Source: Camelus ferus (taxonomy: Eukaryota). From it: a stretch of 64,000 nucleotides of DNA. Positions within the stretch are counted from its first letter, which is position 1. Each line of letters starts with the position of its first letter. Both the position numbers and the translations under genes were made by a program. This document shows positions 49,365 to 62,900 of the stretch, piece after piece. The stretch is taken from NCBI RefSeq assembly GCF_009834535.1, contig NC_045696.1, positions 64,110,001-64,174,000 on the forward strand, in the 5' to 3' direction. The notes beneath the pieces were generated by a model. It was given only the letters and a program-made list of their open reading frames with translations. It searched no databases and was not told the DNA's origin.

Positions 49365-50502
49365 GCAGGAAAGAGAGAAAGAGATTCGGACTTCTGTGAA
49401 ACCCTCTTCTCTTTCTCCTCACGTCTTGTGGGGAGCAGAAGTCAGAAAAGAAGTCATGGCTATGTACTGTGACACTTATCCCCTTGGAAAGCTGCAGCCC
49501 TAGAAAATAGCCCAAATGTAGACGCTCGCCCATCAGATCAATTCTTTGGAAAAGAGTTAGGAAGGGTGGGTTGAAGTAGAGGAGTCTGGCCTCACTAATT
49601 TTTCTGGAAACCAATAAGTTTGTCTCAAATCTTAGCATTTGGTTAGAAGTCAGTAACTTACTTTAAAATATAACCCTTGGTTCTATGGCTCTGGGGCCAC
49701 TGAAAGTATAAAGTCATTTAACTCCAATGCCTTGTTTCGGAGCAAAACCTTATGGCAGCACAGAGTTAGCCTGAGTCCTGGGTCTCCCTGGTGAGATGCT
49801 GCCTGGGGTTTCTCCCCCTCCCCCCACCCCCACCCAGAAACCCTCCTGCTCCTCTACCTTTCTGCATCCTCCTGTCTGGGAATACTCTGGGCACTTCCCC
49901 CAAAAAGATGACCAGAAGTGCCTCACTTAGCTCACATGTACAACATGAAATCCTACAAGAGTTTGATTTTCTTTGAGGCTATCTGAAAATGTGCTTTAGG
50001 GAGTGAAAGAAATGGACAGGTCACAGGTGAGGACTGATATGAAAACCTAAAATGACTTTGTCATTTGTAAATCGAGCCTTCTCTATATAAACTGTTTCAT
50101 CTAAGTATAGAAGCAGCTTCAAGCACTGTTAAAATAGGGATTTTTCTCCCAGAAAGCGATTTCTCAAAACATGCGAACTTTGTTATTATTATTTAATGTG
50201 AGGGCTCTAAGACCAGCATACCTGTTACATTCTGCAAACCCCAGCAACTGGATGCCATTTCCAGGCATCTGAAAATTTCTTAGGTCTCCCTTCCTTTATA
50301 AAGTGGGTGCATTAGGGCAGTGAAAGACTAACTAGCAGAATCACCTGGGGACTTTTTTCAAACTCTAATAAACCTGCTCCCTAAAAATTCCAAAATTCAT
50401 GGAAGTGGGTCATGCCAGAACCCCCTGGCTTAGCATTAACTGTTTGGAAAACTATAAATCATTTTCTCTGCCAAGGACTCAATTGGTAGCTTATAAAGAA
50501 TT

Positions 50503-50765
50503 GAAGTAGACAGAGACATACAAAACAAACTATGATTACCAAAGGGGAAAGAGGAGTTTGGGATTAACATATACACACTACTACATATAAAAGGGATAAA
50601 AAACAAGGACCTACTGTATAGCACAGGGAACTCTATTCAATATCTGGCAATAACCTATAATAGAAAAGAATCTGAAAAAGGATATATATATAATTGAATC
50701 ACTTTGCTGTATACCTGAAACTAACACAACATTATGAATCAACTGTACTTCAATTTAAAAGAAAA
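50503..50765 (+). mobile_element. L1 3' end
   Basis: aaacaaggacctactgtatagcacagggaact…aactgtacttcaatttaaaa. Confidence 0.85.
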
Positions 50766-51670
50766 ATGGAAGCAGAGTGGTCACATGCAATTTGAAAAAG
50801 CTTATCAGTGATTCTGACATGATCCTCCTGCCTATAGTCTTCACCATCTGGAGCCTAAATGGCCTAGCATACAATATACTCTCAACAATTATTTGGTGAA
50901 TAAATTGATGAATGAATGAATGAATGAATGAACAAATAATCAAATTGAAAAGAGATACAGACCATCCCCAAAGAAAACATTCCAGTCATCCATGCCTGGT
51001 TTTTCAGGAATAAATACCTTCCAGCAGATTTACCAGTATCTCATGGTTGCAAGAAACCTCAGTGCTCCTTCAAGTCTAGCTCACGGCCAGTGCAGAAATG
51101 CCCCATAACCTTCCTGTCAAGAAATTCTTCGATCTCTTCTGGAGAGGGACCTTCTACCTCCATAGCAATGATTCCCTTAATGAATAGTTCTGATTATGAG
51201 GTAAGTCTACCTAATCTCATTCAGACTATTTAGTTTTGGAGACCACAATGGAATAATTTCAGGATCTCGTTTCTCTGCCAGCTCGTCAAATTTTTAAAGT
51301 CAGAGCATGTCCTGTCCTTCATTCCTTGAACTTTGCTCACGTGACCCAGCTTCAAGCCTCATATTCCAGTGGTTGCTCAGCCATTGGTCAATGTCCCGGA
51401 CAGTCTGCTTGGCTTGCACTGAATTTGAGATGAGTACATGATCCCTCAACACACAGTACTTTTTGGCAAGACATAGTGGAAAAGATGAAGCAGCCAGGGC
51501 ATGCCAGTCTGTGGTCAAACATGACCCTAAAGAGGATCATAGACAGGGAAGTATGAATCCGTGGCATCTCAGTCCTCGTGAGACCTGAGCCTCTCTCCCT
51601 TAACAATAACATCAGAAACCATCTCACCAGACAAGGAAAGGCAAAGAGCATAGGGCACTTGACTTGCTCC

Positions 51671-52610
51671 TTTCTTTTGTTTTGTTTTGTTTTGTTTTGT
51701 TTTTAATTTTAATTTTTTTTTTTTGAAGTCTAGTTGATTTACAATGCTTCAGGTATACAGCAAAGTGACTCAGTTATATATATATAAATGTGTATATATA
51801 TACTTTTTTTGTAAATATGCAGTCTTTTTTAGACTCTTTTCCATTATAGGTTATTACCAGAAGTTAAATATCACTTCCCATGCTTTACAGTAGGTCCTGT
51901 TGTTTATCTGTTTTACATATAGCAGTGTATATCTGTTAATCTCAAATTCCAACTCCATTCCTCCCCTCCCCCCTTTCCCCTGTGGTAACCATAAGTTTGT
52001 TTTCTGTGTCTGTGAGTCTGTTTCATGTCTGTAAATAAATTCATTTGTATTATTTTTTTAGATTCCACATATAAGTGATATCATATATTTGTCTTTCTCT
52101 GTCTAATTTACTTCACTTAGTATAGGTATTCTCAAGGTTCCATCCATGTTGCTGCAAATGGCATTATTTCATTCTTATGGCTCAGCAGTAGTCCATCATA
52201 TATATACACCACATCTTCTTTATCCATTTGTCTGTCAATGGACATTTAGGTTGCTTCCATGTCTTGGCTATTGTAAATAGTGCTGCTGTGAACTCTGAGG
52301 TCCATGTCTCTTTGAATTAGTATTTTCTTTGGGTATATGACCAGGAGTGAGATTGCTGGATCATAGAGTAACTCTATTTTTAGTTTTTTAAGGAACCTCC
52401 AAACTGTTATTCATAGTGACTGTACCAATTTACATTCCCACCAACAGTGTAGGAGGGTTTCCTTTCCTCCACACCCTCTCCAGCATTTATTATTTGTAGA
52501 TTCTTTATGATGGCATTCTGTCTAGTGTGAGGTGATACCTCATGGTGGATTTTATTTGCATTTCCATAATAATTAGCAATGTTAAACATCTTTTCATGTG
52601 CCTGTTGGCC
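51671..52610 (-). mobile_element. L1 ORF2 end and 3' UTR with (TTTTG)n tail
   Basis: ORF track [26 protein letters not shown] is L1 ORF2. Confidence 0.92.
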
Positions 52611-52899
52611 TTTCTAAATTGCCTTTCACTAGCCTGTGTGCTCCTGTAGTTCTGTACACAGGGTTTCAGCCTTGTTAGGGGAAAGGGCATTCTAGTCATG
52701 GGTCACAAAGGTCCTCATTAATTATTTCCATTATTTAGGGAACATTCTCTGTGTCAAATACTGTGCCCTTAGATGCCAGAAAAAAACAAAAGTTGAGAAA
52801 GCTCCATCTCTGCCATTAAAGAGGGTCTAGGAAATTTGAGGGGAGGGACATATGTTACAATTCAAAGAGGTACATGCTATTATTAAGAAATGAAGGTTT

Positions 52900-53408
52900 T
52901 GTCCATCAATGGATGATTGAATAAAGAAGATGTGGTATATTTATATAATGGAATACTATTCAGCCATAAAAACCGACAATATAACACCATTTGCAGCAAC
53001 ATGGATGTTCCTGGAGAATGTCAGTCTAAGTGAAGTAAGCCAGAAAGAGAAAGAAAAGTACTATATGAGATCGCTCATATGTGGAATCTAAAAAAAAAAA
53101 CAAAAAAAAACCCATAAATACAAAACAGAAACAGACTCACAGACATAGAATACAAACTTGTGGCTGCCAAGGGGGTGGGGGGTGGGAAGGGATAGACTGG
53201 GACTTCAAAATGTAGAATAGATAAACAAGATTATACTGTATAGTACAGGGAAATATATACAAGATCTTACGGTAGCTCACAGAGAAAAAAATGTGACAAT
53301 GAATATATATATGTTCATGTGTAACTGAAAAATTGTGCTCTACACTGAAATGTGACACAACATTGTAAAATGAGTATAAATCAATAAAAAATGTTAAAAA
53401 AAAAAAAA
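52900..53408 (+). mobile_element. Young lineage-specific L1 3' end with TSD
   Basis: TSD aagaaatgaagg (52885-52896, 53409-53420); AATAAA at 53383. Same subfamily as the 36355 copy. Confidence 0.92.
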
Positions 53409-53627
53409 AAGAAATGAAGGGTTGTTGGAGGCAAGAAAAATATTTGATCGTGCCTGTGGGGATAAGCGGGACTTCAACTACAGTTGCCATTTATTAAGAA
53501 CTTGTCATGTTCTAGGCCCTTGTGCTAAATGCTTTACATAGTTATACCATATGCTACTGATAGCAATTTCATAAAGCATGTACTGTGAGGTATTCCATTT
53601 TATAGCTAAGGGAATGGGAGCTCACAC

Positions 53628-54015
53628 CTCATTCATCCATTCATTCATTCAACAAAAAGTTTCTCAAGTGCATTTTGTGTATTAGACCCTGTTTCAGGCA
53701 GTTCAGGATGTACCAGTGCCCTCTAGAAGCTTATATTATAGCGGAGGATCCACTCTATTGTTTGCATGCTTGTTAACGTGTAAATAATACGGTGTAACTT
53801 CAGATTATCAAACACCCTATAAAGAAAAATGATATCGGTTAAGGAGCGAAAGAGAATCTGAGTTGGGTGGTCAGGGTAGCTATTTTAGATAGAATTGTTC
53901 AGGAAGCCTCCATTAAGATGTTACCTGAACAGAGGCCTGAATGAAGAGTGGAAGTAGTCATGGAAACATGTGGGGGAAGCTGGCTCCAGGCAGAGGGAGG
54001 AGGAAGTACAAAGGA
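53628..54015 (-). mobile_element. L2 fragment
   Basis: cattcattcattcaaca…tggtcagg…acctgaacagaggcctgaatga…ccaggcagaggga. Confidence 0.7.
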
Positions 54016-55475
54016 TTAGCTGAACTCAGAACTCAAATTTGGATGTGTTGGATCTTGAATTTCTCAACCACTAGGATCTATTATCAGAAGTGGTTCTCAG
54101 CGGCTAAGTAGGCATTAGCAAAGTGAAGGACCTGGGGAGGGGATGCCAAGGAGAGAGACTGGGGGAGAGAGAGGGAGAGAGAGATTGAACCAAGTACAGG
54201 ATTCTGAGGAGTTCTGAGACTTGACAAAAATAGGTTATTTCCGCAGATTCTGGAAAAAAAATCCTACCCACCAAAGTGGGGTTTGAGTTATGACCCCTTC
54301 CTGGTGTGAGGTTTAGGGATTTCTGAAGTCCCTAACACAGCAGCACATGCTGTTTGACCTCACTGCTTCTCAACATCTTTGAGCCACAGTGATTTCACGC
54401 ATGGAGTCAGAAGACCTTGATTTGAGTCCTCGCTGACCTTCAAACAATAAATGCATTTGGAATAGCATGGCAGAGAAGTCAGACAAACTTGAGCTCAGCT
54501 CCCTGTCATACCCTGGACCAAAGATCCGTCCTGCAGCTTTTCACCGTTGGTCCTTACTGAGGCAGAGTGTGAACTGGAGTCATAGAGACCATGGTGGGAA
54601 GCCTGGCTCTGCCTCTTCCTAGCTCTGAAACTCTGAGAAAGTTACTTAGTTTGTCTGAACTGCAGTTTTCTTTATAATAAAGATGATAATATAAATCTCC
54701 TAAGGATAATGTGATGAGTAAAGGAGAAAGTGCATATAAATGGTTAAATGTGGGTTCTGACATTGTCATCTCTGCTTAAAAGTTATATTGTGATTAATAT
54801 TAGATATATGCACCTTTGTCAAAACACCCACACTGACAATAGTTCTTCCCATTGGCAAAGTGGGGATATCAGTTCTTTCCTCTGGACTATGATCAAATGA
54901 CAGAATCTTTTGTAAGAACTTTATAAATTATAAACTGCTGTGCAAACATGAGGGCTTCTTACTGTAATGTACATATGTGTAGATTTACAAGGTGTTAGCC
55001 ATAAAGACCATATACCATCTTCCAGTTCATTGGCTCATTCCTTCAAATATTCATTGAGTTCATACACTAACAACCTGTCCTGGGTGCTGGAGATACCAAG
55101 GTAAGATAGATACAATCTCCAACCTCAAGAGCAATCCAGAATGCTTGAGAATTCTGGGAACATCTTTGTATCTGTGTCTTTTTAGCTGTTCTTAGAGTAT
55201 AATCAAATGATTTTAAGAAACTCAGATGCCTTTCTAACTTCATTTTGATCCTTGGTTGTATTGTACTTAAGATATTGTTTAACCAGAAAAACAACATTGT
55301 CCATCATGTACTTTCATTTAAAAATATGTTAGCATTTTAAGAATGGCACATTAATTTTTGACTGAAGGTACAAAGTCCCTAAAGTGTAGAGAAGGGACTT
55401 CTGCTTAGCGTACCTTGTACTCGCTTATTGACAAGCTTGTAGGTGTGACACTAATAGATGATCAATCTCCTGCAG

Positions 55476-55545
55476 AAGGTTAGTGTGCGGGCCCAATGCC
55501 ATTGAGGTGGACATACAACCCATATGGAAGCTGCTTGTTAAACAG
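55476..55545 (+). CDS. ATP13A5: ATP13A5 coding exon 6 (RRLVCGPNAIEVDIQPIWKLLVKQ)
   Basis: Acceptor ctcctgcag; donor CAG|gtaact. 70 nt, phase 2 to 0. Contains the GPN motif typical of the P-type ATPase N-terminal region. Confidence 0.93.
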
Positions 55546-58184
55546 GTAACTGTTTTTATTTTTGCAAAAAAAAAAAAACAAAACAAAAAAAACCTTCTGT
55601 TTTTTACTTTTTACTTCCTAGTATTTAGGGAAATCTTAAACACATGAATACTTTGAAGAGGAAAAAAAATCTGTATTTCATGCAACTTTATTATTTGGCA
55701 ACAGTTTTCCCATTTTTAGTTTATTCTTTTCTTGCCTGCTGAGGTTTTAAAAATATTACTTCTTATATATATATTTATTCCAGGATTTCTAACTGGTCCT
55801 TTTTCATAGCCACTTGTCTCAAATTCAAACTCACTTTACAATTCTCTTCCCAGTATGAGGGACGATTCCCATTTTATAATCTCCTGTTTGTTTTGTTTTC
55901 TTCAATTTTTGGTGGTAGGTGTAGCGGGCGGGACTTGGGGAGTATTGTTACTCACGACCTCTGAGGATTTAAGAAGTAATATTTTGGTCTTTTTCATGTT
56001 GCTCTATTATATCCATTTTCTTGAAGGTGACTTCTTCCTCTGTTAGTGGGGTTTTTAATTTATTTGTTTGTCTTTTATTTTCTTGTGAGCTTTGAAGCTA
56101 TTATTCTTGCTAACCTCGCCGTGGGTGGGACTTTCCCTTCCTCCATTTTTCTCTTTCTCTCTGTGCTCATGCCCCCTCCTTGGCGACTCTGCGTTTGCCT
56201 CTTAGTGGTCCCCATGGGTCCCCAGTTCAGAACTGGGGCCAGTATTGGAGGTTTGAGCTCTGTCCCTAAGGATGCAGACCCTGAGCCAACTTGAGGCCTG
56301 GCCGAGGTCACAGCTGCACCACAAACTTGTCTCTCCTATGCCGCCCTCTGCTGGTGAACCCTGGCTGGTTGTTACTTTCCTCAGCCTCTGGGACAGGGGA
56401 AACCCATCGTTACTGCTGTTTCCTTCAGCAAGCCTGCTTTGTGTCCCCTGCCACTGATGGGACTTTAATTCCCCTTAGCATTGAGCTCCTAACCATTGCC
56501 CTCCAGTCCTTGTGTGAAACCGAGCAGACGGATCAATCAGTGCTGCACATTTCTAGTCTATTTCCACCCACAAAGATGGCCATTTTGGTTTTTAGCATGG
56601 TCATTTTTTAAAAATGCATTTTTATTAGACTTTTTTTTTTTTAAGAGCAGTTTTAGGTTCACAGCAAAATTGACTGGAAGGTTCTGAGATGCCCCATATA
56701 CTCCATGCGTCCATGTATGCACGATCTCTCCTACCATTACAAAGCAGGCCGCTTTTTAAACTCCTTCCCTCAAGTACATTTTCAAATTACCAAAGACTCT
56801 CTCAAGTGCCAGTCTGGTCTACTTTTAAAGAAGTGCTCATATTTTCCGGCACTTATTTATTAGGCCTTTAGTAGAAAAAAACAAAAAACAAGTAAAACTA
56901 CTTCTTCACATTTGATTTCAAAAGAATCTTGAACAAGGGAACTAAATTAATTAGGATAGGTTTGTTTCTCCTACAAGAAGTATTTAACCAATTTTCTACT
57001 GCATTTATACAAACTCAAAATCATATTATCATAAACGTATTATCTACAGTTAAAGCAGTTTATGCCAAGTAGAGAGAAGAGCTATAATTTGTAAGAGAAG
57101 TGTGTTGCAATGGAAATAATAAAAACATTAAGGAACATGAGCTTTTTTTTTAACATATAAAATACATCCAAGGATTTAGGAAAATTTTAAGATATGTCCT
57201 ATTAGCTTATTAACTGGATGTCAGTTCATTTTTAGGACGAAGATAGAAATGTATTTAATATATTAGAGAATGACAAGAAGTAGAGGTAGGAAAGAGTGGC
57301 ACTGACTTTAGGTACTGCTTCATCTAGTTCATAATAATTATACAGAGCCCTTCACCAAGAAAAGCATCCTTGCTTTGTTCAGGTGGACTCTTTAATCCAT
57401 GCTACGTGGGTAAGTCACGGAACCATCTCTAGCTCCCTCGGGTTTGCCCTCTCTGTTATTATTAAGTCAGTGGGACCAAAATAGAGACCTTTAGGGAATT
57501 TTAAAAAGTTGAATAAATTATTTAGAGATCAAAAATACCTGCAAGGGTGACCAGCTTTGGGGCTGGTGATACATTCTGCCCATACTCTCCCTGCAGCTTT
57601 GGGCGAGACTTTTCTCTTCCCTGGATAAGACTAGCCCTCCTCACTCAAGGGGAGGCCCATGTTGGCTTGACTGACTCTCAGAGGGTCTTGGTTAAACCTG
57701 AGACATGAGAGTATGTTATTTTTAAACGAATGACCTGGATAAAAGCGGAATCTTGAATTTTTAGTGTACAACCTGACTACGTTTGCAGTATGTGATTACA
57801 TGAAGAAGAAACCTGCAATAAAATTCCAAAACTGAAGTTTATTTTAAAAAGAGTCTGAATCCTGTTTCCCCTCCATTATGGGTAAATCTGCTTAAAAAGG
57901 TAAATTGTTAGAAATTTGTTATTGGTAAAATATTTTTGAAAATTCAAAATAAATAAGAATGATCAATTTATTAGCATGACTCTGAGTGATTAAGATACAT
58001 TTGCTTCTAGCTATGTCACATTCTGTGTGCTTGACATTGTCTTCACTGAAATTAATGGAGTTCTAAGTGAATTCAATTGTTGTATGTTGGAAAAATTGGA
58101 AAAAAAATCTATCAAGAAATGACGTCATCTTGACTGCCATTAAGGTCCATGTAAGTGACCCACACACTGTTTTTGCACCTACAG

Positions 58185-58319
58185 GTTTTAAATCCATTCT
58201 ACGTGTTTCAAGCCTTTACCCTAACTTTGTGGCTGTCTCAAGGTTACATCGAATACTCTGTGGCCATCATCATCTTGTCTGTTATCTCCATTGTCTTAAG
58301 TGTGTATGATTTGCGACAG
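58185..58319 (+). CDS. ATP13A5: ATP13A5 coding exon 7 (VLNPFYVFQAFTLTLWLSQGYIEYSVAIIILSVISIVLSVYDLRQ), TM1-TM2
   Basis: Acceptor cctacag; donor CAG|gtaaga. 135 nt, phase 0-0. Contains the P5 signature PFYVFQ. Confidence 0.96.
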
Positions 58320-59384
58320 GTAAGAGCAGAAATCTTAGTTGGACTCTGTATTAGCTTCTGGCTGTACAAGAAGTAAAACCTATGGAATTTCCGCTGAGAG
58401 CAAAGAGTTGCTTTGCTAGACATAAGTCATAACAAAGGAAAAAGTAAAGGCTTACTAAACATCTCAGAAGGAGGGCTTCAGGAATACCAGGTAGATTTAA
58501 TCGTCTTTGCAAACTGATTATCAGCTGAAAACATTGAATGATATTGAATACTATGTTTAGAAGGACTCTAATTCTGCAGTCTGAGTGGTGTAGGAAAGAC
58601 AACTGTGACGGATTAATGATGACAGCCTAGTATCTTTCCATCTCTCTTGCCATCATTGTTTAGAGCCATTTAAAATTTTCCTTTCAAAGAAAATTAGTCT
58701 TCGAAATGATACAGCAACACATTCTGAGTTGGAATCTCACTGAATATCACTTATATCTCCAAAGCTTCTCTAAGTCTCAGTTCTCCACAGCATCTTTCTG
58801 GAAAATGTTCTGCTACGTTGCTTAAGATTCACCAGGCTAAGTTATGAAGCAACCTGTAAAGTCTGTCTCACTGTATCTGTTGTATATTTTTGAAAACTTG
58901 ACTCCGGAATTAGATTTTTAGTCATGGGGAGCAATAGTATTTGTGTCAAGCCATCAATTCTACTGAAGTAGTCTAGTCTCAAACTTGCTCCTTCATCTAG
59001 AGAAGAGGAAACTAAGATACAGGGAGCTTGTTCAGGTCATAAAGTGGGTTTGTGACAAAGTCAGGGTTTCTGGCTCCTCATAAGTGAAATTCTACTGTGT
59101 GTGCAGTATTTCCTTAGCAGAAAGCCCTTTTCAAAGTAGCATATAGCTGGGGAAGAAAGTCAAACCAACGTGTGAGAGGAGCGATGCATTCTAGCTGTTA
59201 GTAGAGTCAGTAAAGTTCTGGATGTATGTCAGTAAGGCAGACGTGGAGGCTTTTAAACAAACCCCACTGAAAAAGCCCTTTTATTACTCATCTGTTTCAG
59301 TCACTCAGCAAATATCAGGTCTAAGATTGGCTTTTTATCTGGTTGTAGATCCTACAGATTTTGAGTTATGAAGTGTTGGATGAC

Positions 59385-59490
59385 AAATCAAAGAAAGGCG
59401 ATATATATCTAAAGGGTTAGAAAACAGGACCTCAAAATGAAAAGTTAAATGAATGGAGACACTTTGAGCTAGAGAGTGAGGATGAGAAGG
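59385..59490 (+). mobile_element. L3/CR1 fragment
   Basis: aaagggttagaaaacaggacc…aagttaaatgaatggag…tttgagctagagag resembles the CR1 ORF2 segment KGLE…YEERLKELGLFSLEKR. Confidence 0.45.
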
Positions 59491-60699
59491 GCTTTGTTAC
59501 ATTTGTTTTCTTGCTTTTTTATATTGAGTTCCTGAGTGTGTTTCTTCACCGACTAATTTAAATCCCAGAAATATTAACAGTGACCAGTAACCTGCCTTTG
59601 ATGGTAGCAATTTCTTTCTGTCTAGCTGACGAGTCAGGTGAAGAATGACTGTCCTTCTGGTGAACTCTGAGCATTTGAACAAAAACGGGAAAGTAGACAC
59701 CAGGACGATAAAAGATCTGCCACATTCTGCTCAGCCACAGTAGGAAACAAATGACAGTGTCCCAAACATTTACCTTTGTCATTTGATAGACGTATGTAAT
59801 ATGAGGCCCCCAAATCAAATTTCTAGTTGCTGGGTTTTGAGAAATCTTTGCTTTAATAGAATATGTAATTTGATGCCAGCAAGCCTCTCATGCTTCCCGG
59901 CTTATGTCAAACATGAGGGAATACAGTCCTTCTTTTATGTGCTTCATGCTGTTGGGAAGACATATGCACACAATCACCTGAGTGTATCATCACAGACCAT
60001 CTCTGGGTTCTGCGGAAAGATACAGAACATTCTGAGGACTTTGGGCAGAAGGTCTTATCTAGTCAAGTCACATTTTCCTTCTCGCTACTCCTACTTGCGT
60101 TCCCTGACACTGTTTGTTACTTGACACTTTAACAGTCAGCTTCCTTACCTGTGAGATGTGTGTGTGTGTTCAATGTTATTGCTGCGAGAATTAAATGAAA
60201 CCATGCATTTGAAGTACTTGTGTTCCTGGTACATATTAGGCACTCATCAGATTTGCTGTTTGTTGCCACTGATATGGCTGTTGCTGCTTTAATTATTCTT
60301 CCTGTAGTGGGGGATATAGGCGGTGGATGGGAGGGGGCACAGAGACTGAAGGGAGGAGCTCTGACTTGAACGAGGAAGTAGCATGGGAACATCGCAGGAC
60401 AGGGCTTCTAGGGACCACTGACTCATTCACTGTGTGACTCTAGGCACTCCTTTCTCCTCCCCGAACTCACTTTCCTCAGCTGCAAATGGCGGGGGGTGGG
60501 GGTTAAAATCTGTTTCTTTAGGTCCTACCTTTTTAGAATTCTATCATTTTGCCAGGGCCACCAATAAAGCATGAAAAAACATTAAAACACTAATAAGAAA
60601 CTTTCTGGGCACTGGAAATGTGGGAGCATGTGTTGCAGACTGGAGTCAATCCTATAGATGCAAACTCTATTAATGTTGGACTGACTGGCCAGATAAACT

Positions 60700-61465
60700 A
60701 CTCAGTCAGGCTGTGTACAAAGATAATAGAAACCTGTTTAGGCTGCCTTAATCACAAAAGGGATATATATTAGAAATATTCACCAGTAGCTCATGGAACC
60801 CAAGAACACAAAGAACAGAGGGACTTTACCAGGGGCTGGATCCAGGAACTTGGGTTACTCTTCCCAGCCTCTTCCTAGTCTCTGACAGGTATGGAATGAA
60901 GTTCACCTGTCTAGGGGCAAGTACTCCACTCCCTCTCCTCTTCTCTGAGAACTGGGTGAGCTCAGAGCTCTGGCAGCCCACAGTTGGTTTGTTGCATGTG
61001 GCTTTCTCCCTTCACTGGCACAGCTACTTACAACAGAAGGCACCACACCCATTGGAAGCCAATCCATCAACAGGGGTGATAGCAACGTATCTTTTTGCCT
61101 GGGATCCTGGAATAAAGGCTTGAAGCTGCTAGTCATGCGCTATTAGGAAGGAGATCTGAGAAGTGATGTGTAGGTAGGAACAGGGTGACCACCCTTGATT
61201 CCTGTGGATGGACAAGCAGAGGAAAAAACTTCCGCAGAGAAAGAGAGGGAAAGAGTGAACCAAATACACAGTGAGACACAGAGGTGAGCAATGCATAGTC
61301 CAGCAGAGACAGTCACCTGTTCCTGACAGCATTTCCTGTTCCCATTCAGAGCCCTAGGGAGACCTGCCTGCACTTCCCATCTTAGGTTCATAAGACGTCC
61401 CTGCATCCTCATAAGTTCTCATCTTCTGCTTCAACCAGCTTAACAAGATTCTGTTACTGGTGATC
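60700..61465. mobile_element. Old MaLR/MLT1-type LTR remnants
   Basis: Recalled similarity of the ends (ataatagaaacctgtttaggct…; cttcaaccagctt…attctgttact). Weak. Confidence 0.35.
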
Positions 61466-62019
61466 AACTTGTCTCAAGGAAATGCGGTGCTATGATTTGA
61501 TCGAACATGCCCCCTAGGATGTTTCCACTTATTTCCCCCAACTTAAATATTGTCTTTGTCCTGCACTTTTTCCATTTGTACCTTTATGACAAATTTCAGT
61601 CTCTCTTTTAAAATTCCTTTATGATGGCCATTTCTTCACTTGGAATTCAGGTGTACCTTTCTTTAAGGAGACCCAAAATAAATTTAGAAATTTCTGTGTA
61701 GGAATAGGGAGAAGGGTTGTAGAAAACATTAGGTTTGACTCCAGAATCCAAAGGGAAATATTTCAGTAAGAGAATTACTTGAGATTCCTGAGCTCTTGAC
61801 CTATTAAATCAAAATATCCAGGGTAATAACAGGAATTTGCACTTTTTTAAACAGTTTCATAACAGGTGATTGTTATACATTCTAAAGGCTTAATTAACAG
61901 CTATTACTACAGAGGAATCCACCAAAGGACAAATTCAAGCACCAAGATCTCGAACACAGCTATCTCTTTATTTATTAATGTCATCACCAGCCAAACATAT
62001 TTTTTCACTCTTTTTACTC

Positions 62020-62900
62020 TATAAGATGCACAGAAATAGAAGTTTATACAGAGGTTTAATTATGTATTTATTCTTTTGTTTTATCAAAACAGAATTGTTC
62101 TATTTACATTAATCTAGAAATTATATTTTTCATCTTACAATGTATATATAATGGCCATCCACCATTATAAACAAATAATTCTAAATCATACTTAAAAACA
62201 GTGGTGTGATATTCCATGATAAACCATAATTTATTCAAATGTTCTCTTATTTATGGAAAATAGGAGTTTCTTCTCCAATTTTTGCCACCATAAATATATT
62301 AATTCAATTCAAGTTTAATTACAATATAGGACATCCTTACATATTAGTGTTTGCATTTCTTTTTTTCAGCAAAGCAACCAAAAGCTAGGTTGCTGAATCA
62401 AAAGATATGTTTGTTTTGAAAAGATACTGTAATATTTTTTTCCCCAAATGAAATAATTCATTCTCCTATTAGCAACATATGAGACTAACCATTTTCTCAA
62501 ATCGTCACCAGCAATAGGTGTTATATTTACATTAATTTACATTATAAAATTTTCAATCCATTTTTTAAAATTGCATCTCATTGATGTTTTAATTTCTATT
62601 TCCCTGATTACTAGTGAGATTAGACACATTTTCCTTCGTCTAAAAGAGATTTGCATTTTTCTTCTCTACTTGCTACCTCTTTATATCTAGCATGCATTTA
62701 AACAGTTTTATTTTTTAAATCTTTTCTTCTTTTGACCTTGACTTCTGCTAGATGAAAAAAAAAATGTCTAGTTAAATATGTTTCTTTCTTCTTTATGGTT
62801 TCTGGGTTTCTTGTTTTGCTTATAAAAGTTTCCTCTTCCACAATTAGGTATGCTCTTTTTTTCTATTTCTTATTTTCTTAATATTTATTTTAAAATTCTT
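62020..62900 (-). mobile_element. Ancient L1ME-type 3' region
   Basis: gcatctcattgatgttttaatttctatttccctgattactagtgagatt is typical antisense L1ME. Confidence 0.65.
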
